Of a stretch of 39,727 nt of DNA, positions 21,523 to 31,633 are shown in pieces; position 1 is the stretch's first letter, and every line of letters begins with the position of its first letter. This DNA is from Patescibacteria group bacterium. Its GTDB lineage: Bacteria > Patescibacteriota > Microgenomatia > Levybacterales > UBA12049. A program made the translations under genes and the position numbers. Where the stretch lies: contig JAMDEE010000021.1 in NCBI GenBank assembly GCA_023487605.1, forward strand, positions 1 through 39,727. The letters run 5' to 3'. The notes under the pieces were generated by a model. The model had not been told where the DNA came from and made no database searches. It saw only the letters and a list, made by a program, of their open reading frames with translations.

Positions 21523-23508
21523 TTATAATTTAAGACTTCGTATCTGGTCTCTAAGTACAGTCGCTGTTTCAAAATCCAACTCTCCTGCAGCTTTTTTCAT
21601 TTCCTTGGATAATTTTTTGATCAATTTTTCCTTGTCATCGGGTAGAAGAATATCCTTTTTGCTTAATGTCAGCAAGTAATTCATTTCATTTTTTTCTTTT
21701 TGTTCCTCGACCAATTTTGCCCTGACCGACTTTTCGATGCCCTTTGGAGTAATGTTATGTTTTTTATTATAAACAAGCTGGATATTTCTTCTTCTGTCGA
21801 CCTCTTTTATTGCCTCTTCCATAGAGCCGGTAACGGTATCGGCATACATAATTACTTCCGCCTCCAGGTGTCTGGCTGCCCTTCCCATGGTTTGAATTAA
21901 AGATGTTTTGCTTCTTAAAAACCCTTCTTTGTCTGCATCCACGATTGCCACAAGGGAAACTTCCGGCAAATCCAGGCCCTCCCTTAATAAGTTTATTCCG
22001 ACCAGGACATCGTATTCCCCGAGCCTTAATCTGTCCAAAACATCCTGCCTGTCCAAAGTCTCTATATCGGAATGCAAATACGATACTTTTATATCCCTTT
22101 CCTCAAGATACGACGATAAATCTTCAGCCATCCGTTTGGTAAGAGTCGTTACTAAAACCCTTTGCTTTTTCCCAACCCTTTTTTGGATTTCCGCAATTAA
22201 ATCTTCTACCTGTCCCTTGGTTGGTTTGATTGTTATCTTCGGATCCACAAGGCCCGTAGGCCTTATCAGCTGCTCTACAACGCTGTTTGTTTCGGTTGCA
22301 AGGGATAATTCATATTCATTGGGCGTTGCGCTTACGTAGGTCAGCTGGTTGACTCTTTGCATAAATTCTTCATATTTTAAAGGTCTGTTGTCCAAAGCCG
22401 ATGGAAGTCTAAATCCGTATTCGATTAAGGTCTGTTTCCTTGCTCTGTCTCCGTTATACATTCCCCGTATTTGCGGCAGGGAAATATGCGACTCATCAAT
22501 TATGGTAAGAAAATCGTCGGAACACTCCTTAAGAAAATTTAAAAGGGTATACGGAGGTTCTCCTTCTTTTCTTCCGTCAAAATACCTTGAATAATTTTCT
22601 ATTCCGTTAACATAACCTATTTCCCTGATCATCTCCAAATCGTAAGTTGTTCTTTGTTCCAACCTGTGCGCTTCGAGTATTTTCCCTTGATTTTTAAGCT
22701 CAAAAATCCTTTTTGCCAAGTCCTCTTTTATTTTGGGGAAAACATCCTTATATGTATCGGGGTTAGTCATATAATGTTTTGCGGGGTAAATAATCGTATT
22801 TTCCAAAACTCCTGTATTTTCTCCTGTCAGAGGGTCCATTTCCAGTATTTTTGTAATTTTGTTATTTTGTAATTCAATTCTTATGCCGTTATCAAGGTAA
22901 GCTGGGTACAGGTCTATGTTTTCCCCTCTCACACGGAATGTCCCTCTTTTAAACCCGTAGTCGTTTCTTTCGTATTGAAGATCGGCAAGTCTTAAAAGTA
23001 TGCTTTTCTGGTCAATTTTCACTCCTGTTTTTATTTCCATTACAAACTTGCCGTATTCAAGAGGCGAACCCAGATTATAAATACACGATACTGAAGCGAC
23101 TACAATAACGTCTTTTCTTGTCAGCAAGTTTGTTGTGGCAGATAATCTTAATTTATCTATTTCTTCGTTAATTTCCACCTCTTTTTCTATATATGTATCG
23201 CTTTGAGGGATATATGCTTCAGGCTGGTAATAATCGTAATAAGATACGAAATAACAAACGGCGTTGTTCGGAAAGAAATCTCTGAATTCCTGATAAAGCT
23301 GTGCCGCCAATGTTTTGTTATGGGAAATAACCAGCGTAGGCCTTTGTAAATTTTGTATTACATTTGCCATCGTGAACGTTTTACCGCTTCCCGTAACTCC
23401 TAAAAGAACCTGGTGCCTGTTATTTTTTTCTATGCTTTCGGTCAGTTTCTCGATAGCCGCCGGCTGGTCTCCCGTAGGTTTGAAATCCGAAGTCAATTTA
23501 AATTTCAT
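21523..23508 (-). CDS. uvrB: Excinuclease ABC subunit B
   Basis: 661 aa with Walker A GVTGSGKT, helicase motifs and a C-terminal UVR domain (FETATVLRDQIRSL). Confidence 0.95.
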   Translation of the reverse strand: MKFKLTSDFKPTGDQPAAIEKLTESIEKNNRHQVLLGVTGSGKTFTMANVIQNLQRPTLVISHNKTLAAQLYQEFRDFFPNNAVCYFVSYYDYYQPEAYIPQSDTYIEKEVEINEEIDKLRLSATTNLLTRKDVIVVASVSCIYNLGSPLEYGKFVMEIKTGVKIDQKSILLRLADLQYERNDYGFKRGTFRVRGENIDLYPAYLDNGIRIELQNNKITKILEMDPLTGENTGVLENTIIYPAKHYMTNPDTYKDVFPKIKEDLAKRIFELKNQGKILEAHRLEQRTTYDLEMIREIGYVNGIENYSRYFDGRKEGEPPYTLLNFLKECSDDFLTIIDESHISLPQIRGMYNGDRARKQTLIEYGFRLPSALDNRPLKYEEFMQRVNQLTYVSATPNEYELSLATETNSVVEQLIRPTGLVDPKITIKPTKGQVEDLIAEIQKRVGKKQRVLVTTLTKRMAEDLSSYLEERDIKVSYLHSDIETLDRQDVLDRLRLGEYDVLVGINLLREGLDLPEVSLVAIVDADKEGFLRSKTSLIQTMGRAARHLEAEVIMYADTVTGSMEEAIKEVDRRRNIQLVYNKKHNITPKGIEKSVRAKLVEEQKEKNEMNYLLTLSKKDILLPDDKEKLIKKLSKEMKKAAGELDFETATVLRDQIRSLKL

Positions 23509-23561
23509 CGTACGTTATTTTAGCATAGGGAATAAATTTATAAAATGATTATATCTGACAC

Positions 23562-23582
23562 ACTTTGTCTTCTTGACAAAGT
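23562..23582. promoter_or_regulatory. Perfect 8-bp-arm palindrome ACTTTGTC-N5-GACAAAGT between uvrB and lexA (candidate LexA operator)
   Basis: Read directly from the sequence. The right arm contains the TTGACA -35 box of the putative lexA promoter. Confidence 0.4.
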
Positions 23583-23602
23583 TTGATTATTTTTCGTATA
23601 AA
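23573..23602 (+). promoter_or_regulatory. lexA promoter TTGACA-18-TATAAA
   Basis: The sequence is TTGACAaagtttgattatttttcgTATAAA. It predicts a 5' UTR of roughly 55-60 nt containing the hairpin at 23620-23648. Confidence 0.45.
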
Positions 23603-23669
23603 ATATACATACGGATAAACCTTATATCAAGCGGATTGATGTATAAGGTAATTTTCCAAAACAAATTAT

Positions 23670-24299
23670 ATGCCCGGAGTTTTATATAGAAAAGAAAGAG
23701 AAGTTTTAGAATTCCTTGCCCAGTTTCAAAGGCAATACGGTTATTCTCCCACACTGGCAGAAATCGCCAAAGCAACAGGACACAGGAGCAATTCAACGGT
23801 CCATACGTTGATTAAGTCATTGGTGGAGAAGGGGTATATCCAAAAAGTTGAAGGAAATACAAGAGTACTTAAAATAATTGACGAAAAAGTGACTCTTTCA
23901 ATGATGGGCAGCCATCCGGCCATCGAACTTCCACTGATGGGTTTTATTGCGGCGGGAAGTCCTTTGGAGCCTCATACCGATCCGAATGCATCGATATTCG
24001 TTTCTTCGACAATGATTACGGGCGACAAAACGGCTTATGCCCTGCAGGTTAAAGGAAATTCAATGATAGAAGAAGGGATATTCGACGGGGATTATGTTGT
24101 AATAGAAAAGGTTAACAGTGCTGTAAACGGAGATATTGTCGTTGCTATTGTCGACGACAATCTTGCCACATTAAAAAAATTCTATAAGGAAAATGACAGG
24201 GTGGTCTTAAGGCCTGCCAATTCGGAGATGGAGCCTATCTATCCGAACAGTTTGATTATTCAGGGTAAAGTTGTCGGGCTTGTCAGAAGATTCCAATAA
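23670..24299 (+). CDS. lexA: LexA repressor
   Basis: 209 aa with an N-terminal winged HTH and a C-terminal S24 peptidase domain. The peptidase domain carries GNSM (Ser) and a downstream Lys (ATLKKF). Confidence 0.9.
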   Translation: MPGVLYRKEREVLEFLAQFQRQYGYSPTLAEIAKATGHRSNSTVHTLIKSLVEKGYIQKVEGNTRVLKIIDEKVTLSMMGSHPAIELPLMGFIAAGSPLEPHTDPNASIFVSSTMITGDKTAYALQVKGNSMIEEGIFDGDYVVIEKVNSAVNGDIVVAIVDDNLATLKKFYKENDRVVLRPANSEMEPIYPNSLIIQGKVVGLVRRFQ

Positions 24300-24309
24300 T
24301 AGATAAAAG

Positions 24310-24933
24310 TTATTTTTTAAATTTTATAATTTTCAGCTTATGGTTTATATAAAATAATACCGCAAAAACCGCCAACACAACTATTGCCAACTCAAATTTC
24401 CTGTAGACCGGTTCCAAATCTTTCCATCTCTCCCCAAGATAAAACCCAACGTAAGCAAGGACACCTGACCATAAAAGCGAGCCGGCAAAAGTATACGCGG
24501 AGAATTTCCAGATATTCATTTCCGAAAGTCCGGCCGGAAGGGAAATAAAAGTTCTTACTCCGGGAAGCAATCTCGAAAAAAAGACAACCCTGTTTCCGTA
24601 TTTTTTAAACCAGTGTGTAGCTTTTGTGTAATCTTGCTCTGTTATAAGCAAAAATTTTCCGTATTTATTGATCAAAGAAACAATTATATTTTCTTCCAAA
24701 AAATACCCGATATAATATCCGATAATCGATCCTACCAGGTTTCCAATTGCTCCCGCCAAAACAACCAGTATAAAAGATAAGCTTCCTTGGTTGGCCAAAA
24801 ATCCGGCAAAAGGCATTGTTACTTCCGAAGGAATTGGGATAAGGGCGGACTCCAGAGTCATCAGGACAAAAATTCCCATGTACCCCGTAGTTTGGATTAG
24901 ATGTATAATAAGAAGCGAAATTTGGGCTATCAT
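24310..24933 (-). CDS. dedA: DedA-family membrane protein
   Basis: 207-aa polytopic protein with DedA-type GYMGIFVLMTLESALIPIPSEV and an FSRLLPGVRTF reentrant motif. Confidence 0.82.
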   Translation of the reverse strand: MIAQISLLIIHLIQTTGYMGIFVLMTLESALIPIPSEVTMPFAGFLANQGSLSFILVVLAGAIGNLVGSIIGYYIGYFLEENIIVSLINKYGKFLLITEQDYTKATHWFKKYGNRVVFFSRLLPGVRTFISLPAGLSEMNIWKFSAYTFAGSLLWSGVLAYVGFYLGERWKDLEPVYRKFELAIVVLAVFAVLFYINHKLKIIKFKK

Positions 24934-24936
24934 AAT

Positions 24937-25641
24937 ATGGGCAACCTGTATATTGTAGCAACACCAATCGGAAATTTACAAGATATATCTTTACGGGCGG
25001 CAGACATACTAAGCTTGGTTGATTTTATTCTCTGCGAGGATACAAGAAAAACCTCAGTCCTTATAAAATATATTCAAAAACAATTCCCAAACATAAAGAT
25101 AAAAGCGAGACTTATTTCTTTTTATGAAGAAAATGAGATGCAAAGACTTCCGGAAATATTGCAGATGCTTAATAAAGATTTTAACTTCGCTTTGGTATCG
25201 GATGCGGGAACGCCTGCAATTTCCGATCCGGGATTTAAATTGATTAGAGAATGTAAGCTCTTAGGAATAAAAGTAGTTTCTGTTCCGGGCGCTTCATCGG
25301 TTATATCGGCGCTTGTAAGTTCCGGTTTGCCCACAGACAAGTTCATGTTTCTTGGATTTTTGCCAAAAAAACCCGGACACAGAAAGGACTTATTGGAAAA
25401 CGTTAAAAAAACTTTGAAAATTGTTAAGCAAACAGTAATATTCTTCGAATCTCCGTTTAGGCTTGTCGAGACCCTGAAAGAATTATCGGACGTTTTTGGA
25501 GATATTGATGTTGTTACAGCAAGAGAGTTAACCAAGCTTTATGAAGAAGTAAGAAAAGAGAAATTGTCGGAAAGTATAAAACATTACGAAAATACAAACC
25601 CGAAAGGGGAATTTGTTGTACTTTTTAACCCAGGGATTTAA
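24937..25641 (+). CDS. rsmI: 16S rRNA (cytidine1402-2'-O)-methyltransferase
   Basis: It starts MGNLYIVATPIGNLQDIS and belongs to the tetrapyrrole-methylase-fold family. The track start at 24901 would overlap dedA and is probably an over-extension. Confidence 0.88.
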   Translation: MGNLYIVATPIGNLQDISLRAADILSLVDFILCEDTRKTSVLIKYIQKQFPNIKIKARLISFYEENEMQRLPEILQMLNKDFNFALVSDAGTPAISDPGFKLIRECKLLGIKVVSVPGASSVISALVSSGLPTDKFMFLGFLPKKPGHRKDLLENVKKTLKIVKQTVIFFESPFRLVETLKELSDVFGDIDVVTARELTKLYEEVRKEKLSESIKHYENTNPKGEFVVLFNPGI

Positions 25642-26887
25642 TTTCTTTCTCTATCTCCAAAAGTCTGTTATATTTTGCAACCCTTTCGCCCCGGACAGGC
25701 GAACCGAATTTGGCATAGTCTGCGGATACTGCGACTGCAAAATCCGCAATAAAATCGTCATTTGTTTCGCCGCTTCTGTGGGATACAATAATTTTTAATC
25801 CTGCTTGCCTCGCGACTTCAACAACGGCCAGCGCCTCGATAACAGTACCTATCTGGTTTGGCTTAATTATTATTCCGGTAATAGCTTTTTTATCAAGCGC
25901 CATTTGCAGTCTGTATGGATTCGTGGCAGTTAAATCGTCACCCACAATCAATGTTTGTTCCGTTAAAGCTCCTGCAATTTTAGACCATCCTTCCCAGTCG
26001 TCTTCCGCCAAAGGATCTTCGAGGTACAAAAGATGGAACTCTTTATTAATTTCCTCGTAAAACGAAATCATATCATTTGGGGAAAGCTGCATAGCCTTAT
26101 CTTTAATACGGTATTTATTTTCGTGGAAAAAATTAGTAGCGGCGGCATCGAGACCCAAAAAAACATCAAACCCGTATCTGAACTGGGTTGACTGAATAGC
26201 TTGCCTTAAAAGGTCCAGGCCTTGTCTGTTTGTCGCAAGTGCCGGCGCAAAACCTCCTTCGTCTCCGATTAGAGTCGTCATATTGTTTTGTGCAAGAGTA
26301 TTTCTTAAAGAGTCGTATAGATTAACAGTCATATTTAAAGATTCGCTGTAAGCTTTTGATGACGCGGGAATAACCATAAATTCCTGAAAATCGGAATTTC
26401 CCCCTGCGTGTCTTCCCCCGTTTAAAATATTAAAAAGGGGAGTCGGAATTTTTATTACCGTGCCCTCTTTTTTTACGAACTCTCGGAGATATAAAAACGT
26501 CGGCAAAAGGGAACTTTTCGCGGCGGCTTTGGCTACAGCCATAGAAACGGATAATATAGCATTTGCTCCCAGACGGGACTTATTTTGTGTTCCGTCAAGC
26601 TCTATCATCCTTTTGTCCACGTCCTGTTGCTTTGTTGCTTCAAGGCCTAATATGGCGGGAGTTATCACTTCGTTAATATTAGAAATAGCTTTTAATACTC
26701 CGTTTCCTAAAAAAAGCTTTTCGTCGTGGTCTTTTAGTTCGCTTGCTTCATAATGTCCCACAGAAGTTCCGCTGGGACAGGAAGCAGTGCCCGATTTTCC
26801 GTCATTAAGGGTTACGGTAGTTTCAATTGTGGGGTTTCCTTTTGCATTAAGTATTTCCCGTGCAGTTACCTGTTTAATTTTTGCCAT
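25625..26887 (-). CDS. eno: Enolase
   Basis: 420 aa with SHRSGETND and other enolase signatures. Confidence 0.95.
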   Translation of the reverse strand: MAKIKQVTAREILNAKGNPTIETTVTLNDGKSGTASCPSGTSVGHYEASELKDHDEKLFLGNGVLKAISNINEVITPAILGLEATKQQDVDKRMIELDGTQNKSRLGANAILSVSMAVAKAAAKSSLLPTFLYLREFVKKEGTVIKIPTPLFNILNGGRHAGGNSDFQEFMVIPASSKAYSESLNMTVNLYDSLRNTLAQNNMTTLIGDEGGFAPALATNRQGLDLLRQAIQSTQFRYGFDVFLGLDAAATNFFHENKYRIKDKAMQLSPNDMISFYEEINKEFHLLYLEDPLAEDDWEGWSKIAGALTEQTLIVGDDLTATNPYRLQMALDKKAITGIIIKPNQIGTVIEALAVVEVARQAGLKIIVSHRSGETNDDFIADFAVAVSADYAKFGSPVRGERVAKYNRLLEIEKEIKSLG

Positions 26888-26889
26888 AT

Positions 26890-29163
26890 TTACTTAAACA
26901 CCCGTTTTTCCGCATCCGAAATAAATTTTCTTGTTTTGTCGACCGCATCGGGCGAAACGGATACGCTTGTTGCTCCCCATTCAACCAGTTTTTCTACCAG
27001 CGAGGGGTATGTGGAAGCAGCCTGTCCGCAAAGCGAAGCCGTAATACCTCTTTTGCGTGCTGTTTTTACAACATGCTCAATAGCCCAAAGTACGGCGGGG
27101 TTTAACTCGTTAAATTCGCTTGCGACCTCATCGTTGTCTCTGTCTGTGCCCAAAAGAAGCATGGTTAGGTCATTTGATCCTATGGATATCCCGTCTATAC
27201 CCACGTTAATAAACTCATCGAGTAAAATTACGTTTGCGGGTATTTCAACCATCATCCACAGCTTAAAAGTTGGAGAGCGCTGAAGGCCTGAAATATTGAT
27301 TATTTTTTTAACTTCCTCCAGCTCTTTTACCGTCCTGACAAACGGAAGCATCAGCCATAAATTTTTATGTCCCATTTTATTCCGCACCATTTTAATTGCT
27401 TCCAGTTCCAGTTCGAATACTTCGGGATCATGGATGTATCTGAAAACTCCCCTGTAGCCAAGCATCGGATTAGGCTCTTCGGGCTCAAAATCTTTTCCTC
27501 CTATAAGCGACCTGTATTCATTGGTCTTAAAATCGGAAGCCCTATAGACAACAGGTTTTTCTCCGAAGGGCTTGCAAAACATTTCCAAATCTTCGGCAAG
27601 TTTATTGATAAATACGTGTTTCTTGCCGTCCCTTATAAGTTTTTTCGGATGAACCCCGATTCCAGCCATCATAAACTCAGCCCTTAAAAGTCCCACCCCG
27701 TCGACATTTTCTTGGGAAATTTTTTCAGCCAATTCCGGTTCCGCGAGGTTAACGTAAACTTTAGTTGCGGTTTTTACAAAATCTTCTGGGTTTACGATAG
27801 TTTTGTTTATATTTGAAGTTAAATGGCCGCCTTTATATATTTCCCCTTTAGTACCGTTTACCGTAATCACTTCTCCTGTTTTCAAAACTTTGGTCGCTCT
27901 TTCGGTTCCGACAACGGCGGGAATTCCGAGTTCCCTGGATACTATTGCGGCGTGGGAAGTTCTTCCGCCGCTGTTTGTTACAATTGCCACGGCTTTTTTC
28001 ATTGCCGGTACATAATCCGGATTGGTTTGAGGAGCGACTAAAACCTCTCCCGGCAGTACTTTCCCGATTTCTTTTGCACTTTCTATCACCCTGACGGGTC
28101 CGGCGGCAATTCCCGGACTTGCGGGGTCACCTTTTAATATAGGGGTTCTGGATGTGTCTTCGATTTCGCTTGTGTCTTTTTTTGACTCCTTTTTTTCGTG
28201 GGTTGTCGTAACCGCCCTTGTCTGCACAATATAAACTTTATTTTTATCTATCGCCCATTCACTGTCCTGGGGAAAATAGTAGTGTTTTTCAAGCTTTTCT
28301 CCTAAGTGCGCCAGCTCGAGTATTTCTTTTTCGGATAATTTTTGGCTCTTGCCTTTCTTTTCGGAAAGCAGTATTTCTTTGTCTGTTGCCCCGACTTTTT
28401 TGAGCATTTTTTTCTGTGAAGCAATTTTTTTGGAAAGAATTGAAAAATCGCTTTTTGATACTTCGTAGTGGTCGGGGTTTTCTATCCCTCCCACGATTAA
28501 TTCACCGAGGCCATAAATTGCCTCAATGATGATTTTTGATTTATCGTTTGTAACCGGATCTATGGTAAACATTATTCCGGACTTTTCCGACTCAACCATT
28601 CTTTGTACGACCAGGGCAATACCTACCTTTAAATGGTCAAAGTGCTGTTGGTGTCTGTAAAAGAGTGCCCTGGCGTCAAAAAGGGAAGCCCAGCCCTCTT
28701 TTATTTTTTCCAAAAGCACGGCTTCACCCTTAACGTTTAAATAGGTTTCCTGTTGCCCGGCAAACGAGGCGCTTGCCAAATCTTCGGCTGTTGCCGAGGA
28801 CCTTACGGCAACCAGAGCATCTTCCAGAACGTTTCCGAGTTTGCCGTAAGCTGTAAAAATCTCGCTTACCAGATCATCGGAGAGCTTGCCTTTTATGACC
28901 ATTTTTTTAATCAAAGAAGATACCTGAGTCAGCGAATCAGTCTTTTCAAAGTTGGCGGTTTTTAGTACTTCGTTTATTTGCAAAGTGAGTTTGTTTTCGG
29001 AAAGAAAGTGGTAATAAGCGTGGGATGTAACTACGAATCCGTTGGGAACAGGGAAGTGGGCATTGGTCATTTCGCCTAAGTTTGCGCCTTTTCCTCCAAC
29101 CAATGCTACATCCTCTTTGCTTATTTCGGAAAACCAGGCAATAAACTTAGAACGAGCAGTCAT
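26890..29163 (-). CDS. ppsA: Phosphoenolpyruvate synthase / PEP-utilising enzyme
   Basis: 757 aa with an ATP-grasp N-terminal domain, phosphohistidine motif GGRTSHAAIVSRELGIPAVVG and a C-terminal TIM-barrel PEP domain. Confidence 0.88.
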   Translation of the reverse strand: MTARSKFIAWFSEISKEDVALVGGKGANLGEMTNAHFPVPNGFVVTSHAYYHFLSENKLTLQINEVLKTANFEKTDSLTQVSSLIKKMVIKGKLSDDLVSEIFTAYGKLGNVLEDALVAVRSSATAEDLASASFAGQQETYLNVKGEAVLLEKIKEGWASLFDARALFYRHQQHFDHLKVGIALVVQRMVESEKSGIMFTIDPVTNDKSKIIIEAIYGLGELIVGGIENPDHYEVSKSDFSILSKKIASQKKMLKKVGATDKEILLSEKKGKSQKLSEKEILELAHLGEKLEKHYYFPQDSEWAIDKNKVYIVQTRAVTTTHEKKESKKDTSEIEDTSRTPILKGDPASPGIAAGPVRVIESAKEIGKVLPGEVLVAPQTNPDYVPAMKKAVAIVTNSGGRTSHAAIVSRELGIPAVVGTERATKVLKTGEVITVNGTKGEIYKGGHLTSNINKTIVNPEDFVKTATKVYVNLAEPELAEKISQENVDGVGLLRAEFMMAGIGVHPKKLIRDGKKHVFINKLAEDLEMFCKPFGEKPVVYRASDFKTNEYRSLIGGKDFEPEEPNPMLGYRGVFRYIHDPEVFELELEAIKMVRNKMGHKNLWLMLPFVRTVKELEEVKKIINISGLQRSPTFKLWMMVEIPANVILLDEFINVGIDGISIGSNDLTMLLLGTDRDNDEVASEFNELNPAVLWAIEHVVKTARKRGITASLCGQAASTYPSLVEKLVEWGATSVSVSPDAVDKTRKFISDAEKRVFK

Positions 29164-29169
29164 ATAATT

Positions 29170-29198
29170 ATTATGTAATTTCTCTATGGGTTTTTCAA
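29170..29198 (-). promoter_or_regulatory. ppsA promoter TTGAAA-17-CATAAT, 6 nt upstream of the ATG
   Basis: The minus strand reads ccaTTGAAAaacccatagagaaattaCATAATaattatATG. Confidence 0.5.
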
Positions 29199-29208
29199 TG
29201 GGGAGTAC

Positions 29209-30246
29209 TTATTTTTTAAGTTGCTCTTTGAAATAATCAACCCAAGGAATCAGACTCGGATCTTCGTTATAAAGCAAAGCAAGGTATAAAGACAGGAATC
29301 CGCCGAAGGACAAAACATTGAGCACCTGCGCTATTTTACTGATTCCTTTTGCCGTATATTCCTGTACTGTCAGGCCGTTTTTTTGGACAACGTCTTTTGT
29401 TAGCTCCGCCCTTTTTTGAAGTTTACTGCTATAAAGGGGAGAGTTGATAAAAAGCATAGTAATATCTTTAGTGGGGTATTTAAGTCCTTCCATTAAGTGG
29501 TGGTTTAATTCGGGTAAAGCCTCAAAATCCGAAAAACTTTTTGCGGTTTCATTTAGCTGGTTTCTTAATATATGGGAATTGCCTTCTAAAAATTCGGCCG
29601 AAATAATAAACGGAATTTTATCCTTAAGAAGGACAGCTAATTTTTGAGCTTCTGACTTTATGTTTTTCGTGTCATTTCTTAGTTGACTGATTGCCTTAAT
29701 GATTTCACTGTCGGAAATTTCCAGAAGGCCTAGTTTGTTAAACATTGCAAATGTCCCCAAAACTATGTATCCGGTGCCGAGTCTCGGCTGTCCCGAAGGG
29801 TTGTGTTTTGATTCAAAAATAAAATGGGGACAGTTATTCTTTTTCAGTATTTCTCCCAAGTCTCCTCCGCTTGTCAGCCCCGCTATTTTGCATCCTTTTT
29901 CCAGGGCTTCTTTAGCGCAGGACAAAGTTTCTTCGGTTGTCCCCGAGTAGCTGGTTAAAAATACAAGAGTGGAGGAGTCGGTAAATGCAGGCAGATGATA
30001 ATCGTTAACAACATAAACGGGAACTTTTAACGTATCGGAAAATAAGCTTTTTATTACGTGCGCGCCGTAGGAGGAACCTCCCATTCCGGAAAACACAATA
30101 TTTTTAATGCTTGAATCTTTTGAAAAATTCAATTTTTTGGCGTCTTCCCAAACTTGTTCGCACTGATCGGCGAGCATTTCCGTTGACCCGAAAACGTTTT
30201 TTGGGTCAATTTTTTTTATTTCGTCCGAATTGTTTAAATCAGTCAT
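29209..30246 (-). CDS. SIS-domain bifunctional phosphoglucose/phosphomannose isomerase-like protein
   Basis: 345 aa with SIS motif GMGGSSYGA and a C-terminal domain like archaeal/bacterial PGI/PMI. It overlaps the pmm-like gene by 8 nt. Confidence 0.7.
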   Translation of the reverse strand: MTDLNNSDEIKKIDPKNVFGSTEMLADQCEQVWEDAKKLNFSKDSSIKNIVFSGMGGSSYGAHVIKSLFSDTLKVPVYVVNDYHLPAFTDSSTLVFLTSYSGTTEETLSCAKEALEKGCKIAGLTSGGDLGEILKKNNCPHFIFESKHNPSGQPRLGTGYIVLGTFAMFNKLGLLEISDSEIIKAISQLRNDTKNIKSEAQKLAVLLKDKIPFIISAEFLEGNSHILRNQLNETAKSFSDFEALPELNHHLMEGLKYPTKDITMLFINSPLYSSKLQKRAELTKDVVQKNGLTVQEYTAKGISKIAQVLNVLSFGGFLSLYLALLYNEDPSLIPWVDYFKEQLKK

Positions 30247-31624
30247 ATTTTGCCACCGAATTTATAAAGTCTTTTAATTCTTTAAATTTCTCGTCAACAA
30301 CCGCCTTTTCGTAACCTTCTACGTTTAACCGAAGCAGAGGTTCGGTGTTGGATGTCCTTACGTTAAAACGCCAGTTCCCGTAAGAAACCGATACTCCGTC
30401 CAAATCCCAAAACTTACCGTCCTTATATTTTTTCTTTAGTGCTTCAAGAATTTCCTTGGCGTTTTTCACTTCAAAATTTAGCTCTCCGGATTCGTAGCTT
30501 CTTCTAAGCTCTTCTACTATTTGCGATAAAGGTTTTCCCTCTTCGCTTATTGCCTTTAAAACAATAAGAATTACGGGAAGGTTGGATTCCGAATTTCCGT
30601 TTGCCCTAAAAAACATGTGTCCCGATGACTCACCGGCGAATATTCCTCCGCTTTTATTCATCGCTTCGGTTATATACGCATGTCCCACCCTGACTATTTC
30701 AGATTTTCCTCCGAACTCCTCGACAATTTTCTCGGGACCTAAAATATCCCTGACGTCAAAATAGATAATTTCTCCGGGATATTTTTTTAAAAGTTCGCGT
30801 GCAACTATAGAGGTAATGCTGGTTGCAGGCACAATATTTCCTTTTTCATCGATAAAATATAATCTGTCCGCATCGCCGTCGGTCGCCAGCCCCAAATCTG
30901 CGTGTTCGTCTACAACTCTTTTTTGCAAATCTTTCAGCGTTTCAAATTTTAAGGGATTCGGTTCGTGCGCGGGAAAATTGCCGTCCAGTTCAAAGTTCAT
31001 TTTGATTAAATCAGCCGGAACTTTTTCAAAAAGCGCGCTTATATACTGTGCGCCCATGGCATTTCCCGGATCGGCTACAATTTTTAATTTTTTAATTTGC
31101 GGGTTGTCCAGTAAATCCAAAGCTGTTTTTACTTCATCTTCCAAAATTCCCGTTATTGGGGTGATTTTTCCAACAACAGGGGGATTAAACACTATTTGCT
31201 CCGCAGCCAGTTTTTGCACTTCGTCCATGCCGGTAGGTTTGCCGATTTTAACCAGACCTTTTGGTGTGTATCTGACAAATTTCATGCCGTTCCATTCTTT
31301 TGGGTTGTGGGATGCGGTTATCTGGATTCCGCAATCGTAAGCATAGTGGTAAACAGCAAAATAAAACGACGGAGTAGAAAGCTGTCCCGCATCTATTACG
31401 TTGGCGCCCATATCAACAAGCGTTTTTTTTGCCTGTTCAAAAAGCCGGGGACCGGAAAGCCTCATATCGTAGGCAAGGACTATATTCAGCTGGTCTTTTT
31501 TAACTGTGTCGTAAAAGAATTTGTAAATGGCTCTTATTATGGGGACAATGTTTCCTTCGTTTATTTGGCTGGGGTAAATGCCTCTGATATCGTAGGATTT
31601 GAAAATTGAAGGATCAATATCCAT
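30239..31624 (-). CDS. Phosphomannomutase/phosphoglucomutase
   Basis: 461 aa with active-site TASHNP and metal-binding motif DGDADR. Confidence 0.88.
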   Translation of the reverse strand: MDIDPSIFKSYDIRGIYPSQINEGNIVPIIRAIYKFFYDTVKKDQLNIVLAYDMRLSGPRLFEQAKKTLVDMGANVIDAGQLSTPSFYFAVYHYAYDCGIQITASHNPKEWNGMKFVRYTPKGLVKIGKPTGMDEVQKLAAEQIVFNPPVVGKITPITGILEDEVKTALDLLDNPQIKKLKIVADPGNAMGAQYISALFEKVPADLIKMNFELDGNFPAHEPNPLKFETLKDLQKRVVDEHADLGLATDGDADRLYFIDEKGNIVPATSITSIVARELLKKYPGEIIYFDVRDILGPEKIVEEFGGKSEIVRVGHAYITEAMNKSGGIFAGESSGHMFFRANGNSESNLPVILIVLKAISEEGKPLSQIVEELRRSYESGELNFEVKNAKEILEALKKKYKDGKFWDLDGVSVSYGNWRFNVRTSNTEPLLRLNVEGYEKAVVDEKFKELKDFINSVAKYD

Positions 31625-31633
31625 TTCTTAATC

